A stretch of 64,000 bases of DNA from Octopus vulgaris (taxonomy: Eukaryota), in NCBI GenBank assembly GCA_951406725.2, contig OX597827.1:47802001-47866000 (forward strand). The letters run 5' to 3'. Below the pieces are notes generated by a model. That model saw only the letters and a program-made list of their open reading frames with translations. It was not told where the DNA came from and searched no databases. Below, one piece after another: positions 13,966 to 27,528 of this stretch. The translations under genes and the position numbers were made by a program. Position 1 is the stretch's first letter, and the number at the start of each line of letters is the position of its first letter.

Positions 13966-14079
13966 ATGCATGTATGTATATAGGTGTGTATAGTTATGCA
14001 TATAACTGCATGTATATCTATCTATCTGTCTGTCTACCTATCTATCTATATGTTCAGCCTTGTGTGGCTAATAAAGAAA

Positions 14080-14200
14080 CATATCTATGTTTCTGTCTGT
14101 TTATCTATCTATCTTTCGGTCTGTTTATCTCGTTCTCTCCCTCTTTTCATTTGCGTACGTGTGTGTGAATCTTCGAGTGTTTGTGAGTGTATATGCATAA

Positions 14201-14275
<75 letters not shown>

Positions 14276-14505
14276 GTTTCTGTCTGCTTACCTATCTATC
14301 TTTCTGTCTGTTTATCTCGCTCTCTCTCTTTCTACCTGCCTATCTGTCTGACTGCATGTCTGTCTGTCTATCTATCTATATATCCCTCTATCTATCAACC
14401 TATATATCTTTCTGTCTGTTTATCTGTCTCCCTCTGTGTATTTGCACATGTGCGTACGTGTGTGTGAATTTCGAGTGTATGTGAGCGTATATGTATATTA
14501 TCTAT
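14080..14505. repeat. (TCTA)n tract with local duplication
   Basis: tctgtttatct..tgcgtacgtgtgtgtgaat..tcgagtgt occurs at ~14085-14205 and again at ~14270-14505. Confidence 0.75.
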
Positions 14506-15154
14506 ACGCAAGTGTCACATACGTGTTTGTAAAATTATCTGTGGAGAACAAATAGCTATTCATCACTACTCCACTTCTTGTAAGCGCAGATTTCCACTGA
14601 AAGATACCAACAGATCGCTGATAGTACCGATACATTATAACAAATAGCTTTTCATAATGACGTTCCCACAATTTTCTGAACTAATTAAAGTCATCTCATA
14701 CATAATCCAAGATGTCCGCAAGCGATTCATATAAAAAGCTTTTAGACCGGTCATTAGCACATTTTATTCTTTTAACTTTTATTTTGATCAGAATAAATTA
14801 GTGTTCGCGTATCACATGTACTCATTCTGCTTCTCTGTATACCAGAGTTACTTGTTAACCTTTAAGCTTTCCTATTTATAATATTATTCATTATTTACTC
14901 GTACACACTTCTGTATACCGATGTATACATTCCGCCATACATATATACATACATAATATATACGTATATCAATGCAAATATTTATACGTAAGTATAGGCC
15001 TTCACATATATATAAGTGGAAATAAGTGTATGTGTGCCTGTCACGGTCGCGCAGACAAACACGAAAGCACACACAAACAAACACATACGCATGCTGATAC
15101 ACATAGTGTCTGTATATAAATATATATTGGAAGATCTATCTATCTATCTATCTG

Positions 15155-15223
<69 letters not shown>

Positions 15224-15657
15224 ATATATATATATACTTACACATATATCTGTATGACCATCTATACAGATGTATATATATATACATATGAGTGTATGCG
15301 TTTGTGTGCGCTTGTGTGAGTGCGTATGTATAAACGCATATACATTTGCATATATATATGTGTGTGTGTTTATGTATGTCTATTTCTATGTCTGTGCCTA
15401 TGTGTGTGCATATGTGTGTGCGCGTGTATGTCTGTGTGTGTGTGTCTGTCTGTCTGTCTGTCTGTCTGCGTGTGTGTGTGTGTACGAGCGTATGTGAAAT
15501 GGAGCGAAATAATTTACAGACCTTTTAGCAAGCGGTGTGACTTACGCTCCGCGTTCAAATTTTCAATTTTGTTGATGTCTCTCAAATACAACATTCGACG
15601 GTTTGAGATCGACAAGATCAATTCCATTCTAGAAGCTGGATTAGTGAAATTATAAAA

Positions 15658-16064
15658 GCAGGAGTGGCTGTGTGGTAAGTAGCTTGCTAACCAACCACAT
15701 GGTTCCGGGTTCAGTCCCACTGCGTGGCATCTTGGGCAAGTGTCTTCTGCTATAGCCCCGGGCCGACAAATGCCTTGTGAGTGGATTTGGTAGACGGAAA
15801 CTGAAAGAAGCCTGTCGTATATATGTATATATATATATATGTATGTGTGTGTGTTTGTGTGTCTGTGTGTGTTCCCCTAGCATTGCTTGACAACCGATGC
15901 TGGTGTGTTTACGTCTCCGTCACTTAGCGGTTCTGCAAAAAGAGACCGATAGAATAAGTACTGGGCTTACAAAAAGAATAAGTCCCGGGGTTGAGTTGCT
16001 CGACTAAAGGCGGTGCTCCAGCATGGCCGCAGTCAAATGACTGAAACAAGTAAAAGAGAGAGAG
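15658..16064 (+). mobile_element. SINE family A, full length
   Basis: gcaggagtggctgtgtggtaagtagcttgc..ggttcagtccc..ctgaaacaagtaaaagag. Confidence 0.92.
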
Positions 16065-16296
16065 ATACCGCGTGGAAATGTATATAGATTTGGAATTTAA
16101 TTTTCACTCCCTCTATGAACTTAATACCTCTCGTGGCACTTCTAAATATACCAGTCGATCCAATATATATGTATACATAAAAATGTATCCATCTATCTAT
16201 CTATATATATATATATCTATGTATCTAACAATCTATGCATGTGTGTGTGTGTGTGTATATACTGTATCAAAATTATTAAAAAAAGATAATTAGTAG

Positions 16297-16365
16297 AACA
16301 CTACGATCGTTTCATGGCTGTCCAATTCGTAAAAATTCGAGCTACAGTCATTCTTCAGGTGATTG
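16297..16365 (-). ncRNA. Type I hammerhead ribozyme motif (minimal PLE type), intact core
   Basis: Minus strand: CAC-CTGAAGA-ATGACTGT[22 nt]ACAGCCAT-GAAA-CGATCG-TA-GTG. Stem II pairs 7/8, stem III is palindromic and the cleavage triplet is GUA. Confidence 0.8.
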
Positions 16366-16731
16366 AAATGTCTAAAATATAATCGGAAATATTTAAACAA
16401 TATTTTTAAGATATAAATAATATATATAATATAATAATTTTACTTATAATAAACTCTACTATCAAACTAGAGACATAGAACTTAACAATTATGATTATAT
16501 CCAAATCGACTATAATGTTAAATATTAATTTTAATTTATAAGGTAGGAAACCCAACCATAATCTAATATCAATATTAGTCTATATCTAATTACATAAATA
16601 TTTAAAATGACTAATATATATAAATTATCAATGAAATATATAAATGTATATAAATATTATAATTAAGATCTAAAATAATCTCTATAAATAATTGTATATG
16701 CACATATAATAAAAACCTAATAAATTTAATT

Positions 16732-16772
<41 letters not shown>

Positions 16773-16835
16773 ATTTTTAGTTTTGGTTTGCAATATTCTT
16801 TATATGAGTTCATGTATTGAAGCATATTCTGTTTT

Positions 16836-17088
16836 CTCTGGGGAGAGTCTTTCTCTTTTAGTGCCTTATAATTTAACACATCCACCGGTAACATTTCCAC
16901 TCATTTATCTATTTTTCTAAACATTTTGTTGCGTCTGCACACCCTTTCAATAGTAGTTGAACAACTAGTGAAAGGGTTGCAAGACGCAACGAACATTTTA
17001 GAAAAATAAAAAAGTAAATAAGAAGAAATTTTTCTGGAGAGTGTGTTAAATTATAAGGCACTAAAAGAAAATGAGTCTCCCCAGACAC
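16836..17088. repeat. ~250-bp imperfect foldback (inverted repeat)
   Basis: ttttagtgccttataatttaacaca and ttgcgtc..ccctttca on the left arm pair with their reverse complements on the right arm. A single-arm relative lies at ~51300-51400. Confidence 0.85.
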
Positions 17089-17118
17089 CATAGTATATAT
17101 ATATATATATATATATAT

Positions 17119-17315
17119 ACAAGGGGTGCAAAAGTAGGTATATAGTAAGCATCACATCAATCTTATAATACTTAATTTATAAAGATTTTTAGCGTGTTAA
17201 ATATGTTGGCCTCATTTTTGATATTTTTAGTCTCATTAATCATAATAATTCATTTATTCCTTTATCACAGCTCTAATTGTATGTTTCCTTTTTTCATAAC
17301 TATATCTGCGCCTCC

Positions 17316-17318
<3 letters not shown>
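17119..17318. mobile_element. Possible Tc1/mariner-type MITE
   Basis: Degenerate TIRs ta-caaggggtgcaaaagtagg ... atctgcgcctccctg-ta set within (TA)n. Confidence 0.35.
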
Positions 17319-17373
<55 letters not shown>

Positions 17374-17403
17374 GGAGAGGTACTTGCATAGCGAGTGACT
17401 TGA

Positions 17404-17449
<46 letters not shown>

Positions 17450-19975
17450 TATGTGTGTGTGTGTGTGTGATATATATACGTATGTATGAATATATCATAT
17501 CATGTATACATGCGCACATATGTGGATGTAAGTCTATGTATACAATGATATGAATGGTATACATAAGTTTTCTGACTTATGTGCACCCGTTTCTTTCATG
17601 TAAATCTCTGTAAACAATAGATCTAAAGAATGTACTGTTTGATGGAAGTATGCAATTAAACAAAGATAATTGAAAGCTATTCTTTTAAAAGAAATATGCT
17701 TTCTAAATTTATTAAAATTTCGTGTATTAATTAAAGCTTATCAGTTTTCTTAAACAGAAAATAGACAGAATTTGCATTTTAATTAATATGTTAATTTAAA
17801 AGAATTGACTGTAAAACGTATGTGTGTTTATCTGAAATTAATTAGTACGTGTGGAAAATGCAATTGCTATAAATTATAATTTGATATATGTTACAACATG
17901 TATCATCTCCAAAAGAAATAATGTGAATATGTACAAATTCGAATTTGTACGACAGAATATATATAATCTTTTTTGATATACTTACGATTTCAGAAACTCA
18001 GGGGTAGACAGGTTGTCGATTCAATCCCCTTACTTGAATGGAACTTTATTCTATCGGAACTTTATTTTTCGGATTAGAATTAAGGGGAAAATTCGCCCTT
18101 GTGTGAAGAGAAATCAGAACGTAAAGAAACGGAAAAATACCAATGAAAATTATTTGCGACCGCTTACGTTTCTGCCAGGTCTCTGCCTTTGATGGAATAT
18201 AAGTAATAATTTCTTATTTAGGCACAGTCTCAAATATACGAAAGGGATCAGCGTTAGTCAGCTGAACTTGCTCCAATAATAATCTGATATATTATCCTTC
18301 AAAACAGTGGAATGAATTGCTGATATTAGCACAATGAATCTTGAACCCAGAACGTAAGGTTTGAGAAGGGCAATACAGAAATTGATAGATTCTAATTTAG
18401 GTACAAAGTCAGCACACTTCTTAAGGCAGAAGTGGTGAATACCATTGGCCCCAGTATTTGACTTGTATAATATTTTATCAGTCCTGAGAGGATGAAAATA
18501 ATCACAAGGCAAGATTTATGTGAAATGAAATAACGTTCATTTAGAAAGAATTAAAAAGTTTTAAAATATAGAAGATACTATATAGTAGATAAAATGTACA
18601 AACACGTAAAACATGAATGAAGTTACGATATTGTTTAGTGCTCTTTGGAAACTGTAATGCGAATCCATTTAAACTACACGGGGTTAACAATATCAATTTA
18701 CTATATATTTAAACATTAGAGTATTCTAATCAAAACACACACTTAACTTAAAATAACAATATCTGTTACAGATTTCGGTCATATCAGGAAAAATTATCCT
18801 GGTACATACGTGTTTTTTTTATTTTAATGATAATATTTTATAGCCAGACACTGTTATTATTTTATAAAATATAAAAATATATTATATTAAATGAAAAGCA
18901 ACCGTTTAAAAGTGCATATATCGGACTATAACATAGAATATCAATTAATATAATTAACATTAAAATGGCTTAAAATAAGTATACATGAAACGGGAGAAAA
19001 ATCGAAATATAAAAGGCGTTTACGTGTACATGTACAATATTGTGCAATGTGAAATGATTAATCGGTTTAAAAGTTTGTAATTAGTTTAATTAATAAGTTG
19101 ACTGCAATAACATAAATTTAATGAAGCATAATAAATTGATGACATCGCTAGAATTTGTAGCCTGTGAATTCAATAATTAAACAAAAATTAATAAATGGAA
19201 GGATAATAATTACGTCTCAGTTTAAACAATTAAGTACATGTATTATTATTTTGAACACTAACAGGACCAAAGAACTGCGTTTATAAGTTGCTAATGTGTG
19301 TCGTTTTTAATGTATTACTCAAGGTAACCTATAATTATGAAAAAACTAAAACCTTTTAGTGGAAATATAATTTTATAGATGGTATAGAACAAGGTATCGT
19401 CAAAAATGTATTGTAAACCATAACAAAAGAGAAGAGGATAATGTATTGGATTAGAAGCATTAAAAGAAATCGGTTAGTATACTGGATGAATATGTTGGTG
19501 TGTTTTACACAAATTACCTATTTAGAAATACCACAGGTTCGAAATACCGTAAATCTCGAAAAGTCCGATATCTGCTACATGAACTACATTCACAACTAAC
19601 ATGAAATGTTTGGGATGGTGGCTAACAAAATTTCAAACAGTGCTCAAATACCATGGAATTTTTAAATATTCATAATCTATTATTTATCAAATCACAGAAT
19701 AATGCACAAGTGCTCAGCTTCAAACTCCACTAATCAGCGCTGGTTAAGTATCATGGTTTCATTTCTAAAACTTAGCAACGAAACGTTTATTCGTGATAAA
19801 CGTAGACAGTCTAGCATGTCGGCTTGTATTGTCAATCGCGTTAAAATCCCACCGCTGCATATTCACATGCAGAATGATGTGGGATAGAATGTAATATCCT
19901 TTCTACTATAATGCACAAGGCCTGGAGGTTTTCGTAGATAGGTTTATTTCATTACATAGACCCTACATATATATA

Positions 19976-20342
19976 CTAGCAGTATCGCCCGGCGTTGCTC
20001 GGGTTTGTAAGGGAAATAACTATAAAGCATTTTTAGAGAGTTATAGCCAAAAAATGGAAAAAAAATGATGGTAAATTTTTTTTTAGTTAAAAAGGTCGAG
20101 TTGCGTCCGCTAGACAGTCTGTGGTTTGTGTTTCTGATTGTTGACCCCATGTCGAATTTATCGATTTTTTTCAGAACTGGGGGAACTTTTCAAAATTTTC
20201 GCTGCGTTAGTTTTCAATTATGACATTGGGCTATGTGTGTGTCAAGTTTCATCAGAATCGGTTGAAAGCCGTGGTCAGGGTGAGGGTACAACCTGACAGA
20301 CACACAGACACGCACACAGACAAACTGCCGTTTATATATAGA
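19976..20342 (-). mobile_element. Non-autonomous Helitron (type 1)
   Basis: Minus strand A|TCtatatataaac..gtctgt..cccgagcaacgccgggcgatactg-CTAG|T: 5' TC, subterminal hairpin, 3' CTAG, A/T target and no TSD. Second copy at 28907. Confidence 0.85.
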
Positions 20343-20899
20343 TATATATATATATATATAAGACCAAACTATTTTCCTTTTATTGGTTCTGGCTGGCCCC
20401 AAATAACTTTGCTCAGAGCATTAAATATTTGAGGAGAAAGTAAGCGAATGTGTACGACAACAAAGAAAAAGACGAAAAAAACTAAAAAGGGACAAAATTG
20501 ACAGTTACAAATGCGAGCAACAAGAAAATAACACTTGTCTTCTTCGTGTGTGTGTGTGTGTGTATGTGTAACGGTGATGAAATTATATAAGAATCGATGT
20601 TAATATTTTTCTCTGATTCTGTATATATTTTCCTCTTTGGGGATTGACAAATTTCTCCTTTGTTTTTGCAATGCTCTAACCTCGTGCCTAAGTATATTTC
20701 TATGAAAGTTTTGATTTTCATCGGCGAAACTAGAACTTTTTCATCAGATGAAAAAAAAAGAAATTCATTTCTAATGCATTAAATAATTTACCCATGCTAA
20801 CACACGTGCTCATTTACGCCCCCCTCTCTCTCTCTCTTTAGTTCTCTCCCTCTGTCTCTTTCACACGCATGCACAAACACACAAGTACACGCACATATA

Positions 20900-21129
20900 T
20901 TTCTTTACTACCCACAAGGAGCTAAACACAGAGGGGACAAACAAGGACAGACAAACGGATTAAGTCGATTACATCGACCCCAGTGCGTAACTGGTACTTA
21001 ATTTATCGACCCCGAAAGGATGAAAGGCAAAGTCGACCTCGGCGGAATTTGAACTCGGAACGTAACGAGAGACGAAATACGGCTACGCATTTCGCCCGGC
21101 GCGCTAACGTTTCTGCCAGCTCGCTGCCT
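20900..21129 (-). mobile_element. tRNA-derived SINE family B, full length
   Basis: Head ggcagcgagctggcagaaacgttagc..gagttcaaattcc, core gtcgactttgcctttcatcctttcggggtcgataaa, tail ..gtgggtagtaaagaaa. Confidence 0.9.
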
Positions 21130-24100
21130 GTTTGAGTGTGTGTGTATCGGTGTGCATTTTACAACTCATTGCATGGCTGTATATTTTTTATGTATGTATG
21201 TATTATTATTATATGTTTTGTGGCGTTGCCTTTTACAACCTATTAGACTGGGTGAAGCAAAATTCATGTATTTCGTTTTTGCATTATTTCATGCTGTTCA
21301 TAACAATTCCCGCAAGGCTAATAATGCACTTCTTTCTCACTCACTCTCTTTCTCTCCATTATTATATATTGCCTGAGCGATTCAGATTTCAAAAAGAACA
21401 CCACAATCAAAAGTAACTATTTATATAGGAATCAGCGAACTATTAACGCCATTACTCTATTAAGGAACCAATTATGTTTAAATTATCTCCAATTGTTAGA
21501 AGCTTCACATGGCTACTTCATTAGCTGTACAATTGTGAAATAATGTTTTTGCTCTTATTTTTACCTCTTTGTTTTACTTTTTGACGTTTTTACTTTTCGT
21601 GTTAGACATTATCATTCAATAAGCTATCACTGGTTGTATGTATAGAAGTCACCAAGGCATTCCATTTGTCCTCAAGCAACGGACTTGAATCGACATCTGA
21701 AATTATGGCGTAGACAATTAGTATATGATTATTTTCATTTTGTTAATTATTTATTCCTATGAACTATTTTAGCTAAAGAGAGATCGAACCTAGGTAACAC
21801 CAGTATCATCTTATAACTCAATGCAAGATTTTTGTGTTGATTTTTCAGGACACAAAATACTTGAATTCAGTTCTCTTTGTTCATAAATTAGTTGTCTGAT
21901 GCACAATATTACGGAACATTTCCCAGGACTTCATTGTAACACTAGTTCGGTTCATTGCCCATGTAGATTCTCTCCTGGTCCTCATTCTTCCATCCCACGG
22001 AAGAATTCTATCTTAATTATCATGAATTATTATATATTTCTGGAACAACTCCGATCGAGGATAATTATGATAACATTCTTTAAAACTGAAACACTGCTTT
22101 AAGTATGTATCACTTCGTTTCTCCCTCAAATTTGAATGAAATTCTAGTTGGGTCTTTGGGAGATACGGATCCCTTTGCTATTTGTCTAAAATTAGCGGAG
22201 CCCGTCATACGCCGTATCTGACAGAAATTGATTTCTTCCTGTGACAAAGGCAACCGTAAAGAGGAGAATAAAACAAAAATTAATCCTGAAGCATTGACAT
22301 ATGTCCTCATCAACATTGATTTGAAATCAGAATCCTGTAAACTGGCTTTCAAGCCGTTGACTGAGCTAGTCCGACGATAACTTAATAAAATTTTGTGGAT
22401 ATGTACATGTCATCTTTCCAATTTTACTACACTAGGGTTAGTTTTGAACTTGAATGTGCTGCTATGTCTAGCTAATTATCTGACCGCATAAAGGCTCCAT
22501 TAAATGTATACCCTTTGTAAGGACATGTGACGTAGCGATATATTGCCTCGTATTTGACTCGCAAAACGGAAACGAAGCAAGTAGTAATAACTTAGTGATA
22601 ACTGAACAGTTTTAAGAAATATTTTTCTTTTATTGTAAGTAATTTTGTCGAAATACTGGAGGCAAAATTATACTAGCCGAATTTAAATTTATAGTAAACT
22701 GAATCATATTTGTAAATACACTTGTATCGTATTAAACTATTCTTGTGCCCCATCTGTTACCTTTCATTATTGAATTTAATGATTTCTGTTTCATACAATG
22801 TCTGGAATCGTAGTACAGGAGGAATATTATGTATGAACATTGAATGAGAACAAAGGATAACATAATTGGTAGCATATCTGTTGAATTAGTTTTAGACCAA
22901 TATGTTCTGAGGAATGATTTCGAGAGTATATCTCGGATCTCATTACATGTAACATGTAGTGGAAAATTAATACAACTCTCTTTAGTCCATTACATATATA
23001 CATATATACTGTGAAAGCAATAAATGTCTGGTAGCATTTATACAGAGGCAATGAATAATACATACGGCCTTATTACAGGTATTGCTATATTTGAGGGGGG
23101 AAGCCCGGTCTAAATTCATTTGATAAAAAGTATTCTAAAAGTTCCTAATTATAATGAATCCGCGTTCAGCCCCATGATGTATTAATAAGACTAATAAGAC
23201 CTAGCACTCTAAACGTGAAGAAAAACTTAATGAAGTTTATATAAATATTTCAGAGCCATGTAAACGATCTTCATTTTGCTTATTTTCTGCTTTTTCCTAA
23301 ACTAAAATTCATTCAAGTTTTGCGTTGATATTCCTTTTGACGATGTGGATGAAATAACAATCACTAGTACGGTTCAGTTTAGCCGATTCAAATCGATATT
23401 ATTCTGACATTTAAAGACAAAGTTAGTATTAAATGCTAAAATGATAAGTGGTAGTGTGACAAATACGGAAAAATACATAACTATATGCATTAACGTGTTT
23501 AGTTTCATCCGTTCTCGTCCAAAGTTTTATAAGTTAGGGATGTGAAGCGGTTCCTATGACATTTATTGGCCTCTTTGGAGATGTTGAATCGATATTTGCT
23601 TTAATTCATACATTTGTTACCGCTGTTTTAATTGACTATATAGTTTCTCTACTAGAATATTTCCCTATGAGCATATTATAGAAATCAAATCAATAAGATT
23701 TGTGTTCTCAAGTTCCTCTTTATAAAATGTGGTTAGTGTCAAGTTTAAAATTAAAGCCTTTTGTGAGCGATAAAATAAAATGCATTCAATTTACTATTTT
23801 CAATAAAAAAAAAATCGATTATATCAGAAACAGAGCCTAGACAAAAGAGATTATACTGTGTTTAAGATTACTTAGTGTTGCCATCGGTTAGACTATTCAG
23901 TAAATGGAAGGACAAATATTTATAGCTTTCAATGGTTTCTCGTTACGGTTTGTGTATATTCCATGAAGATACCGTCATTAATCTCTAAATTTCCAAGGTC
24001 GATAAAATGAAACATAACCTATTACACTCAATGGAATTGAGTTTGCTGTTAAAGTTTGAGAAATAAAGCCTGGAACTCAACATTAAGTAGAATATTGTCT

Positions 24101-24675
24101 GTGTATTTAATGAGAAAATAATGCAGCGTTGGATGTGATACCATCTATCCAGAATTAAATGCGCTAAAACTAAACAACTTTGATTAAAGAATCGTTGTAT
24201 AATAGACGGTGTTCTAACTCAGGATAACTTGTTTCAAGACATGTACAGTTGTCCAGTTAACCTAAACTTTCTTCACAACAGCTACAAAATGACCTGGTCA
24301 ACCGAATAAAAGCATGGTGATTAAATGTAGGTAGGCATAGCCATAGAATACAATTTTAGCTAGAGATAAAATACAGCTACGGTAATAAAATATAGAAGAC
24401 GAAAATATAATAAATCATTTTGATGCGCTCAGTATAAAACGTCACACGTTTAATATACAGGAAACTTAAAAACATTTAATCATACAAAATAATTAAAACC
24501 ATTTAAAGAAAAATATTCTGTTTTTGAACAATTAATTTATGTATGAGAGAGAAATATTTATGTGAGAGAGAAATAGTATATTGGGGATTTTTAAAAGGAA
24601 ATTGCCGATATATATTTTGGCGACTGGAGTATTTACTCTCTCCATATTTGACATGGATCTATAATATATTTATTG

Positions 24676-24707
<32 letters not shown>

Positions 24708-25351
24708 ATGCATGTATGTTAATCCTACATATGACTTTAAACTTCATTCAGTAGTGGGTCTCTGGCGAGGGACTTCTATGGAGTTGTGGAAAGTACAACT
24801 TCTTTGCCACTATTATTTACAGATATAAGTTAACTAGCAAGTTAGTTGAGAACGTGGTGGTCATTAATATGGGTAAGGAGTAACTGACTAAAGAAAGGAA
24901 AAAAATTTGATTCCAAATATCCGAGGTAATGAGGAATCCTCGGTAGTCGAAACACGAATCGGTCCGATATTGTCCAAAGCCTTATTCAATGAACGCCTGA
25001 AACAACACTGATAACACAATGTGACGGCTATGATTCTACCTCCTGCATTCATTGGTGACATGGAGATGTGGGCACAAGGTTTATGGTCAACAACCTGTAC
25101 CCCATTCCATACTATCCAGGTTGGAACCGAAGTCCTATGTTGGAAACACTAATGAAAGGAACTTGGGAGGATGCATAGAAAAGAATAGTGTAACTCAACG
25201 ACCACGAGATAGAACGGCAAGTGCCGTTTCCGTGGCAGAAATAAACACAAATGCAAACACATATTTCTCTTCATGTACATAACACACACAAAAACATACT
25301 GAAGCAATATAAACAAATATACAAACATACATAAACAAATATATATATATA

Positions 25352-25419
<68 letters not shown>

Positions 25420-26548
25420 TAATAAAAAGGAAGTTCTTGGTACAGTATTATATATATTTGAAAAAATATACATTTTTCTGTTTGAAAACGGCTACTTGAA
25501 GCTAGTAACTCACCGTAAGTAACTCACTGAAATTTTACAATACGTATCAAAATAAGAATTTTACCCCTCAAAAAAGCCATCTCAACTCATTTTCACACAC
25601 AAACACACACATATATATGCATATATAAACACACATTCACATGCATTTGCATACATAAACTTATGCATATACGTACATGCGTATATGTGTGTGTTCTTTC
25701 ATTCTTTTACATGCTCCAGCTCTAAGGCTGCGTCCATACTGGAGCACTGCGCATACATGATATATCCACATATTTTTGTCACCCTAAAATGCAAGCATTA
25801 CAGTACTAAGAGAATAAACAAGCCGTGGAATTTTGATAATGGGAACAGTACGGCCATTAACTAATGCAACATGTGTTAAAACGGATCTATTGATTATAAT
25901 CTTGAATATCATTTCGGAGCTCAGAATGCAACGCATAATGGCATGTATGCCCATAAAGCAGCTGGTGGCGAGGGAGGTACTCGAATTAAATTATGATAGC
26001 AATGCATACAATGAATTATATACGCGTATATTGTTATTAACAAACATGGGTTACTTCATAAAATGTTTTACACACAACGACCTTACTTTGCAAGACAACG
26101 TGACAGAAATATAAAATTTAGTGTTGCTGCGCAATATAAGTTTGAATCCACTAATCAGAAGAAGCATTACTGTGGAGTATATCCATTTGTTCCGAACCGT
26201 GAATTATTTCGTAATTTAATTAAATATATTAATTAAATTTACTAGATGCTTGGACAATAAAGTAGATGTAGACTGGACGAAGCCATTTCATAGTGAAGTC
26301 TACGAGCATCACATACACCGAGGGAATTTATCTAACTTATTTAATTAATTTTCGTTACTAGTGACGGCTCAAGACTAATGGATAAGTAAACCTTAGTATG
26401 AAGAATAAGCACTGTTTGAACGTGAAGATATTTACATGACACTTAATATTTCACTCTCTCCATGTGACAAATGCATTTTCTAAGTGTCTTTGTTAATTCA
26501 GCTCAGCTTGCAAAATGTTTAATTGTACCTTATTCTAATAAATAGGTA

Positions 26549-26951
26549 TACTCTTTTACTCTTTTACTTGTTTCAGTCATTTCACTGTGGCCATGCTGGA
26601 GCACCGTCTTTAGTCGAGCAAATCGACCCCGGAACATATTCTTTGTAAGCCCAGTACTTATTCTATCGGTCTCTTTTGCCGAACCGCTATGTGACGGGGA
26701 CGTAAACACACCAGCATCGGTTGTCAAGCAATGCTAGGGGGACAAACACAAACGCACACACACACACACACATATATATATACATATATACGATAGGCTT
26801 CTTTCAGTTTCCGTCTACCAAATCCACTCACAAGGCATTGGTCAGCCCGGTCTATAGCAGAAGACACTTGCCCAAGATGCCACGCAGTAGGACTGAACCC
26901 GGAACCATGTGGTTGGTTAGCAAGCTACTTACCACACAGCCACTCCTGCGC
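26549..26951 (-). mobile_element. SINE family A, full length
   Basis: Same head, body and tail as 15658-16064, in reverse orientation. Confidence 0.92.
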
Positions 26952-27055
26952 CCATATATATGCGGAGAATTCACCCAAAAAAAAAGAAAAGACGAAAGCA
27001 GGTGGTGTAGAGAAAAAATAGATGTATTGATATAACGCTCGGGAAGTGAAAAAGT

Positions 27056-27091
27056 ATTTAACGTTTCGAGCCTACGCTCTTCCACAGAAAG
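27056..27091 (-). ncRNA. Minimal hammerhead-like motif with variant core CUGUGGA
   Basis: Minus strand CTTT-CTGTGGA-A-GAGC-gtag-GCTC-GAAA-CG-TT-AAAT. Confidence 0.55.
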
Positions 27092-27165
27092 GAACGCAGA
27101 AAGAAACAAGGAGAGAAAATAAAGAATGTGTAGTGGCTAGCGATCTCTCTCTCTCTCTCTCTCTC

Positions 27166-27227
<62 letters not shown>

Positions 27228-27318
27228 TAGAGAGAGAGAGAGAGTGAGAGAGAGAAAGAGGATTCACAAAAAAACAAAAGACGAAGACAGGTGGTGTAGA
27301 GAACACATAGATGTATTA

Positions 27319-27404
<86 letters not shown>

Positions 27405-27490
27405 AGGATTCACAAAAAAAACAAAAGATGAAGACAGGTAGTGTAGGCAACAAACAGATGTATTAGTATAACGCTCGGGAAGTGAAGAAG

Positions 27491-27528
27491 TCTTTAACGT
27501 TTCGAACCTACGCTCTTCTACAGAAAGG
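27491..27528 (-). ncRNA. Minimal hammerhead-like motif with variant core CUGUAGA
   Basis: Minus strand CTTT-CTGTAGA-A-GAGC-gtag-GTTC-GAAA-CG-TT-AAAG. Confidence 0.55.

Noticed and set aside
20700-20755. Hammerhead on the minus strand (CTGATGA...GAAA)
   Set aside because: No pairing for stems II or III; likely a chance match.
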